Assembly (NCBI GenBank): GCA_044376115.1
Contig: JBILLK010000004.1
Span: 160,001-224,000 of the forward strand
DNA from: Polyangiaceae bacterium
GTDB lineage: Bacteria > Myxococcota_A > Polyangia > Polyangiales > Polyangiaceae
Direction: 5' to 3'
DNA length: 64,000 bases
In this document: piece after piece, positions 50,904-60,770 of the stretch
Numbering within the stretch: position 1 is the stretch's first letter
How the letters are laid out: each line of letters starts with the position of its first letter
Notes under the pieces: model-generated
The model's input: the letters and a program-made list of their open reading frames with translations, nothing else
What the model was told of the DNA's origin: nothing
The model's database searches: none
Translations under genes and position numbers: made by a program

Positions 50904-52880
50904 TTAGAACCCGCCGAAACCCCGCTCGTCTCGATCGAGCGGAAGGATCGCCCGGGGGTCTGCGTGGCCATTGGACTTGCCGTTGGTGTGACCGTTCGTG
51001 TGACCGTTCGTGTGGCCGTTCACAGCACCGTTGGGCTTTGGGTAGCCATTCGACTTGGGTTGAGCGCTCGCTTGATTGGCCGTCCCCGCGAAGCCCTGCC
51101 CGCTGCGAAGCATCGCCATCAACTGCTCGACCATTTGTGGGCTCAACCCTGCGAGTGTCGCAGCGGGCGACTCCTCGGGTTGGGCGAGCTTGTACTTCGC
51201 CATGCGTTGATTGAGGACGTCCATCTGACGACTCATCTCTTCAGCAGCCGACGCGACTTCGTTCGATTGCTGACTGCCCGACTGAGCGCCCTCTGTCACC
51301 TGCCCCATCGACGCTGAGATCGACTTGAGGGTACGGGCTTGCTCTTCGCTGGCCGTGGCGATCTCCCCTGCTAGGTCTACAACCTTGACGACGTTGGTGA
51401 CGATCTCTTTGAGCGAGTCGCGCGTCACCGTGGCAATACGCACGCCTTGACTGACCTTCTCGCCGGAGTCCTCGATCAGCTGGGCCGTCTCTTTGGCCGC
51501 CTTTGCGCTGCGCTCGGCTAGGTTGCGGACCTCCTGCGCGACGACCGCGAAACCCTTGCCATGCCGCCCTGCGCGAGCCGCCTCGACTGCCGCGTTGAGC
51601 GCGAGCAAGTTGGTTTGGAAGGCGATCTCATCGATCACCTTGATAATTCGCGCGATTTGCTGAGCCGAGGCGTTGATCTCCGACATCGCCGTCGACATCT
51701 CCTCCATCCGTGCTTGGCCGCCCTGAGCTGCCGACGACGTCTGGGACACCAACTGATTGGCCATCGCCGCGTTCTCGGCGTTGGCTTTCACCATCTCGGA
51801 GGCTCGATCGAGCGAGCTAGAGGACTCCTCGGCTGCACGATTCAGTTGCACCGAGCTCGACGACATCAAATGGCTCGTGGAGCGAAGTTCACCCGAGGCC
51901 TGCGCGATCTGCTCGGCCGCGACCTTTACTTGCCGGAACGAATCCGAGACCGAGTCGAGCAGGGCGTTCATACCCTCACCCACGGTCTTGAAGAAGCCAG
52001 TGTATTGGTCTGAAGAGATGCGTTGGGTAAGGTCACCATTGACCGCGCCGTTGATCACGCGCTGCACTTCTTCTTGAGCCTTCTCCTGCTCCTTGAGCGC
52101 GTTCGTTTGGTCGAGCCACTCAACCGAGAAGCCGACGATGCGGTCGGAGGCATCGCGTGCGCAGGCCGCAATCAGCTGAAAGTTGCGTCCGCCAAGGGTC
52201 AACTTGACCGTATGCGCTCCCCGCAGGTTCGCGAGCAGCTGCCGTTGATGAGAGGGGTTGCGATGAAAGCGGTCAATGCAAGCGCCGATAAGCCCTTCGA
52301 CCCGAAACTGCGGTAGCTCGCGCTGGATCGCAGACTCGCTCTCCCGAAGCATCTGCACCAAGCTGCGATTCATGTACACGATCTCGTAGTTGGCGTTGGC
52401 GATCATCACGTTGGTGCTGCAGCCATCGAGAGCCGCGCGAATGCGTAGGCCCTTCTCGATCTGGTCGGCCGCCTCCGCCCCTAGCCGGTCCCTTTCCAGT
52501 CGTTGTGCCGTGATGTCCTGCGCGAACTTTACGACGCGGTACGGCCGCCCCGACTCATCAAAGATGGGATTGTAGGTGGCTTGCAACCAGACCGTCGAGC
52601 CGTCGCTCTTGACGCGCGCGTACTCCCCCGACTGGAACTGACCACTTCGCAACCGCGTCCAGAACTCGCGGTAGGAGGGGCTCGCAGCCTGGCTGGGGTC
52701 GACGAACTGCTTGTGATGCTTCCCCACGAGTTCGCTGCGCTCGTACCCCATGAGTGCGCAGAAGTTTTCGTTCGCTTCGCGCACAGTACCGTCAAGTTCA
52801 AACTCAATCATCGCCATCGAGCGGGAGATGGCGGTCACTAGGTTGGCGGTATCGTTCGCGGACTGAGGCGTAATGGACAT
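50904..52880 (-). CDS. Soluble methyl-accepting chemotaxis protein with two PAS domains (Aer2-like)
   Basis: PAS1 ([17 protein letters not shown]), Aer2-type PAS ([27 protein letters not shown]), [24 protein letters not shown]; no TM; GAGG RBS before MSITP. Confidence 0.9.
   Translation of the reverse strand: MSITPQSANDTANLVTAISRSMAMIEFELDGTVREANENFCALMGYERSELVGKHHKQFVDPSQAASPSYREFWTRLRSGQFQSGEYARVKSDGSTVWLQATYNPIFDESGRPYRVVKFAQDITAQRLERDRLGAEAADQIEKGLRIRAALDGCSTNVMIANANYEIVYMNRSLVQMLRESESAIQRELPQFRVEGLIGACIDRFHRNPSHQRQLLANLRGAHTVKLTLGGRNFQLIAACARDASDRIVGFSVEWLDQTNALKEQEKAQEEVQRVINGAVNGDLTQRISSDQYTGFFKTVGEGMNALLDSVSDSFRQVKVAAEQIAQASGELRSTSHLMSSSSVQLNRAAEESSSSLDRASEMVKANAENAAMANQLVSQTSSAAQGGQARMEEMSTAMSEINASAQQIARIIKVIDEIAFQTNLLALNAAVEAARAGRHGKGFAVVAQEVRNLAERSAKAAKETAQLIEDSGEKVSQGVRIATVTRDSLKEIVTNVVKVVDLAGEIATASEEQARTLKSISASMGQVTEGAQSGSQQSNEVASAAEEMSRQMDVLNQRMAKYKLAQPEESPAATLAGLSPQMVEQLMAMLRSGQGFAGTANQASAQPKSNGYPKPNGAVNGHTNGHTNGHTNGKSNGHADPRAILPLDRDERGFGGF
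50961..51032 (-). repeat. Six 12-nt coding units ([24 protein letters not shown]) in the MCP tail
   Basis: Repeated (c/g)gtgtg(a/g)ccgtt units. Confidence 0.85.
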
Positions 52881-53193
52881 GGTTCCTCTCGAAGGCTTTC
52901 GCGCCATGGGACTCTTTCGATCGTCGGTCGAGCCAATGCGGCCCCCCAATGGTCCTCTGCGGCACGGCCACCACACCGCTTTACGTCTTTTTGATGAAAC
53001 CCCCCGACGGATCCTCCGCATTCTTACCGACGGCACACGAGCGGCCCGGCTAAACCCCAGCAGAGGCACCACAACGTGCGCGGAAGAACAAAGGTAAGTG
53101 TTTTTTCGGACCTTAAACCTCCGGCCCAAAGAACCGCTTGAGCCCATGTGCCTGAGTCCGCCTTCGCGGACACCTCACCCCAACAGGAACTCT

Positions 53194-53616
53194 GTGACCA
53201 AGCCCCATACAGTGATGGTCGTCGACGATGCCTCGATGATGCGAACAGTCGTGCGCCAAGCGATCGAGGCGAGCGGGCGTTATCAAGTGGTGGCCCAACA
53301 TCCGAACGGCCTCAAAGCGCTTTGGGCGCTCAAGGACGTGGCTCCCGACGTCATCCTCTTGGACGTAGAGATGCCCGTGATGGACGGAGCAACCTTCCTT
53401 CGCCACGCCAGAGTGAAAACGCGCGCCAAGATCGTGGTGCTGTCCGCCGCTTCGGCCTTGGGCAGCGCCAACGCGCGCACCCTGCGTGAAGCCGGAGCAG
53501 ACGCCATCGCCGACAAGCCAGCGGGGTCCGTATCCCCCGACCTGGGAGCGGACTCGCCGCTCGTCTCAGTCCTCGACCGCTTGATGAAAACGGAGCACCC
53601 GAACCATGTCGTATGA
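53194..53616 (+). CDS. Stand-alone receiver protein (CheY-like, CheB-type REC)
   Basis: VVDD, LLDVEMPVMDG, ADKP; AGGA RBS before GTG. Confidence 0.85.
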   Translation: MTKPHTVMVVDDASMMRTVVRQAIEASGRYQVVAQHPNGLKALWALKDVAPDVILLDVEMPVMDGATFLRHARVKTRAKIVVLSAASALGSANARTLREAGADAIADKPAGSVSPDLGADSPLVSVLDRLMKTEHPNHVV

Positions 53617-54085
53617 CGATGCAGACCTCGATGATGAAGACGACAACATCGACAACACCTACCTGACCTTCACCGTCGCGGAGGAGGAGTACGCGGTGCA
53701 CGTCAAGCACGTGACCGAGATCGTGCGGCTCCAAAAGAGCTTCGCCATGCCAGACGTCCCTGAGTACATCCGCGGTGTCATCAACCTGCGGGGCAAAGTG
53801 ATCCCGCTCTTGGACGTGCGTCGCCGTTTCGGCCTGCGCGAGACGGACTATTCGGATCGCACCGTGATCGTCGTGCTCGAGGTCGGGGACGCCGCCACCG
53901 GCTTGGTTGTCGATGGGGTGAGCGAGGTGGCCGAGATCATGCCGGGAGACATCGACTCCAAGGCCGTCGCAGCTCGCTCCAAGAACGGCTCGCTCGTGTC
54001 TGGGATGGGCAAGCGAGCCGACCGAGTGAGCTTCATCCTGGACGTGCCGTTCCTACTCGCCGCGAACGAAGTTCAAGCAGCCTGA
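53606..54085 (+). CDS. cheW: Chemotaxis adaptor CheW
   Basis: YLTF, GVINLRGKVIP, GLVVDGVSEV. Confidence 0.95.
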   Translation: MSYDDADLDDEDDNIDNTYLTFTVAEEEYAVHVKHVTEIVRLQKSFAMPDVPEYIRGVINLRGKVIPLLDVRRRFGLRETDYSDRTVIVVLEVGDAATGLVVDGVSEVAEIMPGDIDSKAVAARSKNGSLVSGMGKRADRVSFILDVPFLLAANEVQAA

Positions 54086-54106
54086 GCCAGCCGAGAAAGA
54101 ACGACC

Positions 54107-56869
54107 ATGAGCCGCGGGGATGATCAAGAGGTTTGGGAGAACTACCAGAATGACGCTTCAGAAGCGCTGCAGGACATCGAGGAGAGCCTGCTCGCGCTGG
54201 AGAGCGATGAGACCTCGACTGAGAACCTGCACCGGCTCTATCGCGGCCTCCATTCGATCAAGGGCAACTCGGGGTTTCTCGCGCTCGAGACGATCGAGCG
54301 CCTGGCCCACGCTTCCGAAGACCTGATCGGGCTCGTGCGCGACGGCGGCATCCCGTTGGATCGCGAGATCGTTGAGCTAACGTTGCGCTCGATCGACGAA
54401 TTGCGACGCCTGATCGAACTAGCCCGTCAGAGCCGACGGAACCCGCCCGCCAACACCCAGGTAAACGAACTGATCGAGACGATCTCTCGTGCTCACTCAG
54501 CACGCGGAGGCGTCAAACACATCGCGAAAGGCCCGGCGTTTGGCTTCTTCACCAGCCTTCCGGTCGCAGCCGTCACGATGGTCGACCCGGAGCCGATCGA
54601 AATTTTCCTCGCAGTGGTTCGAATCGCGCTCCCGGAGCTAGGGGTCGCGCTGCGAGGCCTCGGCGCTAACGAGGAGGCGGCAAAGCAGGCTTTGGCGGCG
54701 TGCTCGAAACTGCGCCTCCCTGCCGACCGGCTGTCGCTGGTCCGAGTAGTCGACGCTTGCGCTGCTCTCGATCGAGCGGTCAACCAACGGAGCGCGGCGA
54801 ACGTAGTCGACATCGCAGAGATGGATCTGTACGAGCGCGTGGTCGAGGTTGAGGACTACCTCCGCCTGATTGCGCCCACGAGCGAAGACTTCGGCATCCG
54901 CGGCCTGCTTCAGGCGGCTTGCGCAGAAACCGTCTTCAGCGATCTTGCCTCGTTCAAGCAGCTGCTCGAAGACCCCAACGGCCTGAGCCATGAAGCGGTC
55001 CGTCGCGTACTTCGCCGCCTTGCGTTGGCCTGCACCCACTTTGGTTTCAAGAACGGCACTGCCCGCGTACTCGACGTTGCGGATTCGCTCATGCGAGCAA
55101 TCGAGCTGGGGACGCCGATCTCGACTCAGTTGCTCGAGCTGTGTCAGACCCTGATCAAGGATCTCGGCAGCGAGGCACAGCGCGCGGTGGACGGCGGCGG
55201 CGAGGACATTCGCGAGCTACCGATCGGCCCCGATGTACGAGCAAAGGCGGTCTCTCTCCCGGTGTCGTCCGCGCTCAAGCAGGTGCTCAACGAGCGGGCC
55301 TTCGCGGTATTGGCCGATCTTCGCCCCAAGGGCTGGCAAACCTGTGAGGTTCGTTGTTCGCTTTCGGCGGGCGCAGAAATCGACGCGCGGGTGCGCGACT
55401 TTCTGCGTTCCCCCGCGGTGATGCTCGTGACCTCCGCGGTGGATGGTCCCGACGCCGTCTTCCTCGTCGGGGTCGCCGCACTGAATGAGCTCCGCGCAGA
55501 GCTCGCCAAGATCGACCCGACTCGCATCTTGGTGCGCATCGCAGGCGAGCTGCCCTTCGATCTGGCTGCGCCACCGGGACGAGCGCTCGCACACTCGGTG
55601 CGAGTCGAGGTGAAGTATTCCGAGCTACCCAAGCCTAAGCCGGTGGCCGTGGCTGCTCAGCCCAAAGCGCCAGCGCGCAGCAACTCCGACGACGAAAGCA
55701 AGGATCAGAAGGCCGAGTTTCTTCGGGTGGACGCTCGCAAGATCTCGCTGCTGCTGGATCTAGCGAGCGAGATCGGACTTGCCTGCGGAGCCGTGACGCA
55801 TCACCCCGCGCTGGAAGGGCTCGAGCTCGAAGGCTACTCGCAAGCTGCACACAAGCTGGAGCTGCTGGTGCGCGAGATGCAGAACGAGGTCTCTGGCATG
55901 CGCCTCGTTGCGGTCGCCGGTGTGTTCCAACGGATGCGGCGCGTCGTTCGCGACACCGCCATGCGAACCGGCAAAGAGGTTGAGCTGGTGCTCGAAGGTG
56001 AAGAGACCGAGATCGACAAGGTCATGGTGGACGCGCTGCAAGACCCTCTGGTGCACGTCCTCCGCAATGCCATCGACCACGGCATCGAGCTGCCCGAGGA
56101 GCGCGTTGCGCTAGGCAAGTCGCGCGTGGGCCGAATCGTTCTTTCGGCGTCGCATCAAGGCGGCGAGGTCTCGATCGAGGTCTCTGATGACGGCGCAGGA
56201 ATCAAGCGTGACCGCGTTCGAGAGCGCGCCGAGTCCCGCGGGTTGATTGAGCCGGGCAAGGAGCTCTCCGATGACGAGACGCTCGCGCTCGTCTTTGCGC
56301 CGGGCTTCTCCACGAAAGAGACCGTGGATGAACTATCGGGTCGCGGCGTTGGAATGGACGTCGTCAAGACCACCATCACAGGGCTTCGCGGGCGTGTTGG
56401 GCTCAAGAGCACCGAGGGCCGTGGCTCACGCCTTACGATGACCATGCCGCTGACGTTGGCCTTCGTCGAATCGATGGTCGTACGCGAACGGGACCGACTG
56501 TTCGCGTTGCCAATCGAGAAAGTGTTCGAGGTATTCAAAGCCGAAGCGAGTCAGATCTCCCGCAATTCGGCCGACGGCCAAACGCTGGTCAAGGTTCGCG
56601 GAACCATGGTGCCGGTGCTGTGGCTGCATCGCTTCTGGTCGGACCAAAGTGGTGTACCGACGGACGACGTGGACGGCCGCATTCTCGTAGTCGTTCAGAC
56701 GTCGCACGGCGAGTTTGCGCTCCCCGTCGACGCCCTGCTGGGCAACCAGCAAGTCATGCTCAAACCGCTGCGTGGCCCGCTCGCGGGGATACGCGCAGCA
56801 GCGGGCTGCGGCATGCTGCGCACTGGAGACGTGGCACTCGCTATCGACTGTGAGCAACTCTATGCCTGA
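54107..56869 (+). CDS. cheA: Chemotaxis histidine kinase CheA
   Basis: HSIKG HPt, LRVD, DPLVHVLRNAIDHGIE, SGRGVGMDVV, C-terminal CheW domain. Confidence 0.95.
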   Translation: MSRGDDQEVWENYQNDASEALQDIEESLLALESDETSTENLHRLYRGLHSIKGNSGFLALETIERLAHASEDLIGLVRDGGIPLDREIVELTLRSIDELRRLIELARQSRRNPPANTQVNELIETISRAHSARGGVKHIAKGPAFGFFTSLPVAAVTMVDPEPIEIFLAVVRIALPELGVALRGLGANEEAAKQALAACSKLRLPADRLSLVRVVDACAALDRAVNQRSAANVVDIAEMDLYERVVEVEDYLRLIAPTSEDFGIRGLLQAACAETVFSDLASFKQLLEDPNGLSHEAVRRVLRRLALACTHFGFKNGTARVLDVADSLMRAIELGTPISTQLLELCQTLIKDLGSEAQRAVDGGGEDIRELPIGPDVRAKAVSLPVSSALKQVLNERAFAVLADLRPKGWQTCEVRCSLSAGAEIDARVRDFLRSPAVMLVTSAVDGPDAVFLVGVAALNELRAELAKIDPTRILVRIAGELPFDLAAPPGRALAHSVRVEVKYSELPKPKPVAVAAQPKAPARSNSDDESKDQKAEFLRVDARKISLLLDLASEIGLACGAVTHHPALEGLELEGYSQAAHKLELLVREMQNEVSGMRLVAVAGVFQRMRRVVRDTAMRTGKEVELVLEGEETEIDKVMVDALQDPLVHVLRNAIDHGIELPEERVALGKSRVGRIVLSASHQGGEVSIEVSDDGAGIKRDRVRERAESRGLIEPGKELSDDETLALVFAPGFSTKETVDELSGRGVGMDVVKTTITGLRGRVGLKSTEGRGSRLTMTMPLTLAFVESMVVRERDRLFALPIEKVFEVFKAEASQISRNSADGQTLVKVRGTMVPVLWLHRFWSDQSGVPTDDVDGRILVVVQTSHGEFALPVDALLGNQQVMLKPLRGPLAGIRAAAGCGMLRTGDVALAIDCEQLYA

Positions 56870-57668
56870 TGGAAGCTCCTTTGGTCCGGACCGCTGGTCC
56901 GAGGTTCGCCGTTGGGTATCGACGAACTGCGGAATCGTGCTCGAACACGCCCGCGGCGAGGTGTTTGCGAATCGCCTCGACGCGTTGCAAAAAAAAGAGG
57001 GCATCGGCCCAAGCGAGCTCCTGTTTAAGCTCCGAAGCGGGGACCGTCGTTGGGCGCTCGCCGTGGCCGACGCTGCTTCTACCAATTACACGCAGTTCTT
57101 TCGCGAGCGAGACGCCTTCGACATTCTGAGTAGGGACGTCTATCCGCGACTCCCAGACGGTCCTATTCGCATGTGGTCAGCTGCTGCCTCCACGGGGGAG
57201 GAGGGCTACTCCATGGCGGTACACGTGTGCGAGCAGCTCGGCGCCGCGGCTGCACGCCGCGTAAAGATCCTCGGCACGGACATCAGTGATCGCCACATCA
57301 CGACTGCCGAGAAGGCACTCTACAGCGAGGCTCGTCTCACCCATCTGACACCGCAAGAGCAACAGTACTTCGAGCGAGTCGGGATGGGACAAACGCGCGT
57401 TCGCTCTGACATCCGCGCGATGTGTACCTTCAGGCAGCTGAACCTATTGGCGCCAGAATGGCCATTTTCCCAGCCCTTCCACGTGATCTTTTGTCGCAAC
57501 GTCCTCTACTACTTTGAGCACGCTTCGCGCACCCAGATCTTCGAACAGTGCTTTGAGTGCGCTGCTCCCGGGGCGTTCCTCATCGCGAGTTTTACCGACC
57601 CAACCTCGGACATCGTTTCGCGTTGGACGAGCGTCCAGCCCGGCATTTTTCGTAAGGACCACTCGTGA
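56862..57668 (+). CDS. cheR: Chemotaxis methyltransferase CheR
   Basis: TNYTQFFRE, WSAAASTGEEGYS, GTDIS, IFCRNVLYYF. Confidence 0.95.
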   Translation: MPDGSSFGPDRWSEVRRWVSTNCGIVLEHARGEVFANRLDALQKKEGIGPSELLFKLRSGDRRWALAVADAASTNYTQFFRERDAFDILSRDVYPRLPDGPIRMWSAAASTGEEGYSMAVHVCEQLGAAAARRVKILGTDISDRHITTAEKALYSEARLTHLTPQEQQYFERVGMGQTRVRSDIRAMCTFRQLNLLAPEWPFSQPFHVIFCRNVLYYFEHASRTQIFEQCFECAAPGAFLIASFTDPTSDIVSRWTSVQPGIFRKDHS

Positions 57669-58693
57669 GCAAACCGATTCGCGTACTGATCGTCGACGAT
57701 TCGGCCCTGGTGCGTTCGATTCTTGAACGCGGACTCTCGCGCGACCCCGAGCTCACCGTCGTCGGGCTCGCTCCCAATCCCTATGAGGCCCGCGACTTAC
57801 TCGTTCGGCTCCAGCCGGATGTGATGACGCTGGATGTCGAGATGCCGCGCATGGATGGGGTCACCTTCATTCGCAAGTTCATGTCGGTCTTGCCGACCCC
57901 CACGGTGGTGCTGAGTTCGCTTACGACGAGCGGCTCCGCGTTGGCCATCCAAGCGCTCGAGGCTGGCGCTGTGGATGTGATCGCCAAACCGAGTTCCAGC
58001 GTAGCAGGCGGCTTGGAAGGCATGATGTCGCAGCTGATTGAGCGCGTGAAGGCAGCGGCGCGCGCGCGTGTAACGCAAAAGGCGGTTGCGGTCGTCGAGC
58101 CTACGCAACAGGCGCTGGATTCGACGACCGACTCAGTGATTGGACTGGGCGCATCAACAGGCGGCGTAGCTGCGCTCACGCGCATATTGCCGACGTTTCC
58201 TTCGTGGTCGTCGGGCATCGTCGTCGTGCAACACATGCCGGCTGGCTTCACGGCGGACTTTGCCAGGCGCCTCAGCGGCCTGTGCCAAATGAAGGTGAGC
58301 GAAGCCAAACACGGCGATAGAGTCCTGCGTGGCCACATTTTGGTCGGGCCCGGCGGCGAGCAGCACGTCGAGGTTCGTCGCTACGGTGGTGAGTATCGCA
58401 TTCACCTTCGCGCTGGGGATTTGGTGTCGGGACACAGGCCGTCGATCGACGTCTTCTTTGCGTCTTTGGCGGAGAGCGTTGGGAAGAATGCTGCAGCCTG
58501 TTTGCTGACCGGGATGGGGGCAGATGGCGCGCAAGGGCTCCTGCAGCTGCTGCGAGCCGGCGGAAGGACCTTCGCTCAAGACCAGGAAACCTGCGCGGTC
58601 TGGGGTATGCCCGCCGCCGCACAATCTCTTGGAGCAGCCCAGCGCTTCGTGCCGCTGCACGAGATCCCAAACGTGCTGATGCAAGCGGCGTAG
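57665..58693 (+). CDS. cheB: Chemotaxis methylesterase CheB
   Basis: REC domain plus GASTGG, QHMP, HRPSID, TGMGADG. Confidence 0.95.
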   Translation: MSKPIRVLIVDDSALVRSILERGLSRDPELTVVGLAPNPYEARDLLVRLQPDVMTLDVEMPRMDGVTFIRKFMSVLPTPTVVLSSLTTSGSALAIQALEAGAVDVIAKPSSSVAGGLEGMMSQLIERVKAAARARVTQKAVAVVEPTQQALDSTTDSVIGLGASTGGVAALTRILPTFPSWSSGIVVVQHMPAGFTADFARRLSGLCQMKVSEAKHGDRVLRGHILVGPGGEQHVEVRRYGGEYRIHLRAGDLVSGHRPSIDVFFASLAESVGKNAAACLLTGMGADGAQGLLQLLRAGGRTFAQDQETCAVWGMPAAAQSLGAAQRFVPLHEIPNVLMQAA

Positions 58694-58866
58694 TGAACAC
58701 GCGGCGGCGCGAAGGGGCGTAGTGGTGTAGTGGCGTCGCGACCGAGGTATCTCGGGTCGCGAACGCGGATGCGCAGGAGCGAACACAGGCGCGCCTTCGC
58801 CTTCGTCATACGAAGCTCGTGAGCGAGGTTTCAGACGAGGCGCGATAGCGTGAGCCGCGCGCGGAC

Positions 58867-58971
58867 TCAGCGGCCGAGCCAGGCAAGTACGGCAGGAATG
58901 CTGAGCCACAAGAGCCCTTTGATCAGAAAGAACATGAAGCCGCCGAAGCCGAGCCGCTTCAGCCAGCTCAT
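58867..58971 (-). CDS. Small 34-aa single-TM membrane peptide
   Basis: Hand translation MSWLKRLGFGGFMFFLIKGLLWLSIPAVLAWLGR*; high GC3; below the ORF-track length cut-off. Confidence 0.6.
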   Translation of the reverse strand: MSWLKRLGFGGFMFFLIKGLLWLSIPAVLAWLGR

Positions 58972-59073
58972 TGCGCGGGAGTTTGGAGCAACTGGGAACG
59001 TCCTCGGCGCCACTGAATCACGGACCATGTTCTGATATCGGCAAGCCCAACGAAGGCTTAACCGACACTAGCC

Positions 59074-60456
59074 TCAAAGCCCACGTTTGCCGCGTAGAAG
59101 CTGGAAGTAGCGGCGAGCGACCCCGGCCGAGCGCGCCGCACTGGTGGCATCCCCACCGTGGTCACCGAGCAGCTTTGCCAAGTACCGCCTCTCGAACTCC
59201 TGAACGACCAGATCGCGCGCTGCGGATAGCGGCAGGCCCGAACTCAACGCCTTACGCATCGTCTCCTCGATGCTGCCGCCCTCGGTGTCGGGCGGGCGTA
59301 CCGACTCAGGAGCCGACGGCCGTGGGACGCGCGAGCCACCGCGAGAAGCACCAGGTGGTGGCGCGAGGTCTCCCAACGCGAGCCGCCGAACCACGACATT
59401 GCGCAGCTCACGAACGTTGCCCGGCCAATCATAGGCCTCGAGCCGTGACGAGAAGTCCGCTGGCATGGCGGCCCCCTCACCCACGGCATCCCAAAAATGA
59501 CGAGCCAGAAACGCGACGTCCCCGGCTCGTTCACGCAGCGGCGGAAGCTCCACTCGCGCCACCGCCAACCGGTAAAAAAGATCGTCGCGGAAGCGACCCA
59601 GCTGGATCTCGCGCTCCAGATCGCGACGCGTCGCGCCCATCACCCGCACGTTGACCTGCAACCATTTGGTTCCGCCTACCCGGCGAATCTCCGAACGCTC
59701 GATGGCACGGAGCAACTTCGGCTGCAGCGAGATGTCGAGGTCACCGATCTCGTCGAGCAACAACGTGCCGCCGTCGGCCTGCTCGAACACACCGGGCTGT
59801 GAGCCGACAGCGCCGGTATAGGCGCCACGCTCGTGCCCAAATAGCGCCGCCTCCATCAGGTTGGGCGCGACGGCGGTGCAGTCGAACACCACGAAGTTGC
59901 GATCTTTGCGGGCACTTCTTGCGTGAATCGCCTCCGCCACAACCTCTTTGCCTGTCCCCGTTTCCCCCTCGATCACGAGCGGGACATCGCTCTTGGCAAG
60001 TCGTTCGAGCAGCGGGTAAAGCCTGCGCATCTCCAGGCTCATCCCAAGCAGCGTGCCGAAACGATCCTCGGTCACCGGCAACACGAAGCCCTGGCTCGAC
60101 TCGATTCGCAACGAGGTATCGCCCACGCGCAGGGTCTCGCCCCCGACGGCGTGGGCCTCACGGATCCAAAGGCCGTTGAGGAAAGTACCGTTGGTCGAAC
60201 CCATGTCGACGATGCGCAGTCGCCCGCTGACCACGTCAAAACTCGCGTGCGCGCGGGACACGCGCGGATCGGTCAAGCGAAGCGGCGCTAGCGGGCTCTT
60301 CCCGACATGCGCGCGCGAAGGTCGCGTGCCGTCAATGACGAGGCGCGCTCCGAGATCCGGCGAGCCAGCCGGAGCATCGACCACTGTCACCGCAAAGGCA
60401 GGAACGGCGGCCGGCCGAAGCCATCCAATCGGAGTTCCATCGTCGTCTGCGACCAT
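59074..60456 (-). CDS. FHA-domain sigma54 enhancer-binding protein (Fis HTH)
   Basis: VSRAH..DMGSTNGT FHA, GETGTGKE, GAYTGA, LLDEIG, FRDDLFYRL, WPGNVRELRN. Confidence 0.95.
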   Translation of the reverse strand: MVADDDGTPIGWLRPAAVPAFAVTVVDAPAGSPDLGARLVIDGTRPSRAHVGKSPLAPLRLTDPRVSRAHASFDVVSGRLRIVDMGSTNGTFLNGLWIREAHAVGGETLRVGDTSLRIESSQGFVLPVTEDRFGTLLGMSLEMRRLYPLLERLAKSDVPLVIEGETGTGKEVVAEAIHARSARKDRNFVVFDCTAVAPNLMEAALFGHERGAYTGAVGSQPGVFEQADGGTLLLDEIGDLDISLQPKLLRAIERSEIRRVGGTKWLQVNVRVMGATRRDLEREIQLGRFRDDLFYRLAVARVELPPLRERAGDVAFLARHFWDAVGEGAAMPADFSSRLEAYDWPGNVRELRNVVVRRLALGDLAPPPGASRGGSRVPRPSAPESVRPPDTEGGSIEETMRKALSSGLPLSAARDLVVQEFERRYLAKLLGDHGGDATSAARSAGVARRYFQLLRGKRGL

Positions 60457-60592
60457 CGCTGCAATGTGCCCAAGCAACGCGCCCTCGACAAGCTTCGTTC
60501 CAGGTAGTTTTGTCGAAGCTCACACCAAAGAGGTTGCAATGCTGCTTCGCCTTGACTACACCAGGCGCCGCTTGGGCCTAACACAAGCAAAC

Positions 60593-60666
60593 GTCCCCAT
60601 CGTCTAGTCGGCCCAGGACCCAGCCCTTTCAAGGCTGTTACGCGGGTTCGAATCCCGCTGGGGACG
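60593..60666 (+). tRNA. tRNA-Glu (TTC); CCA not encoded
   Basis: GTCCCCA/TGGGGAC acceptor stem, CAGCC-CTTTCAA-GGCTG anticodon arm, GGTTCGAATCC T arm. Confidence 0.95.
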
Positions 60667-60671
60667 CAAGA

Positions 60672-60706
60672 ATCGCCACCCTCGGACTCGTTCGAGCGGT
60701 GGCGAT
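60672..60706. terminator. Hairpin between the tRNA and the convergent kinase gene
   Basis: ATCGCCACC..GGTGGCGAT inverted repeat; no clear U-tract. Confidence 0.5.
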
Positions 60707-60770
60707 GTCGTTCCATCGAGTTCGCGTTGGCTGCAGCGCATCGCCGCTTGGCGTGCTTCGTTCGAGTCCG

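Noticed and set aside
52956..52983. FliA-like promoter TAAA-N16-GCCGCAGA upstream of the MCP
   Set aside because: The spacer is one base too long and the -10 box is a weak match
52881..53193. N-terminal extensions of the MCP and receiver ORFs given in the ORF track
   Set aside because: They overlap each other head-to-head and look non-coding; RBS-supported starts lie at 52880 and 53194
60593..60666. tRNA as a prophage or island attachment site
   Set aside because: No integrase, and I found no duplicated tRNA 3' end in the window
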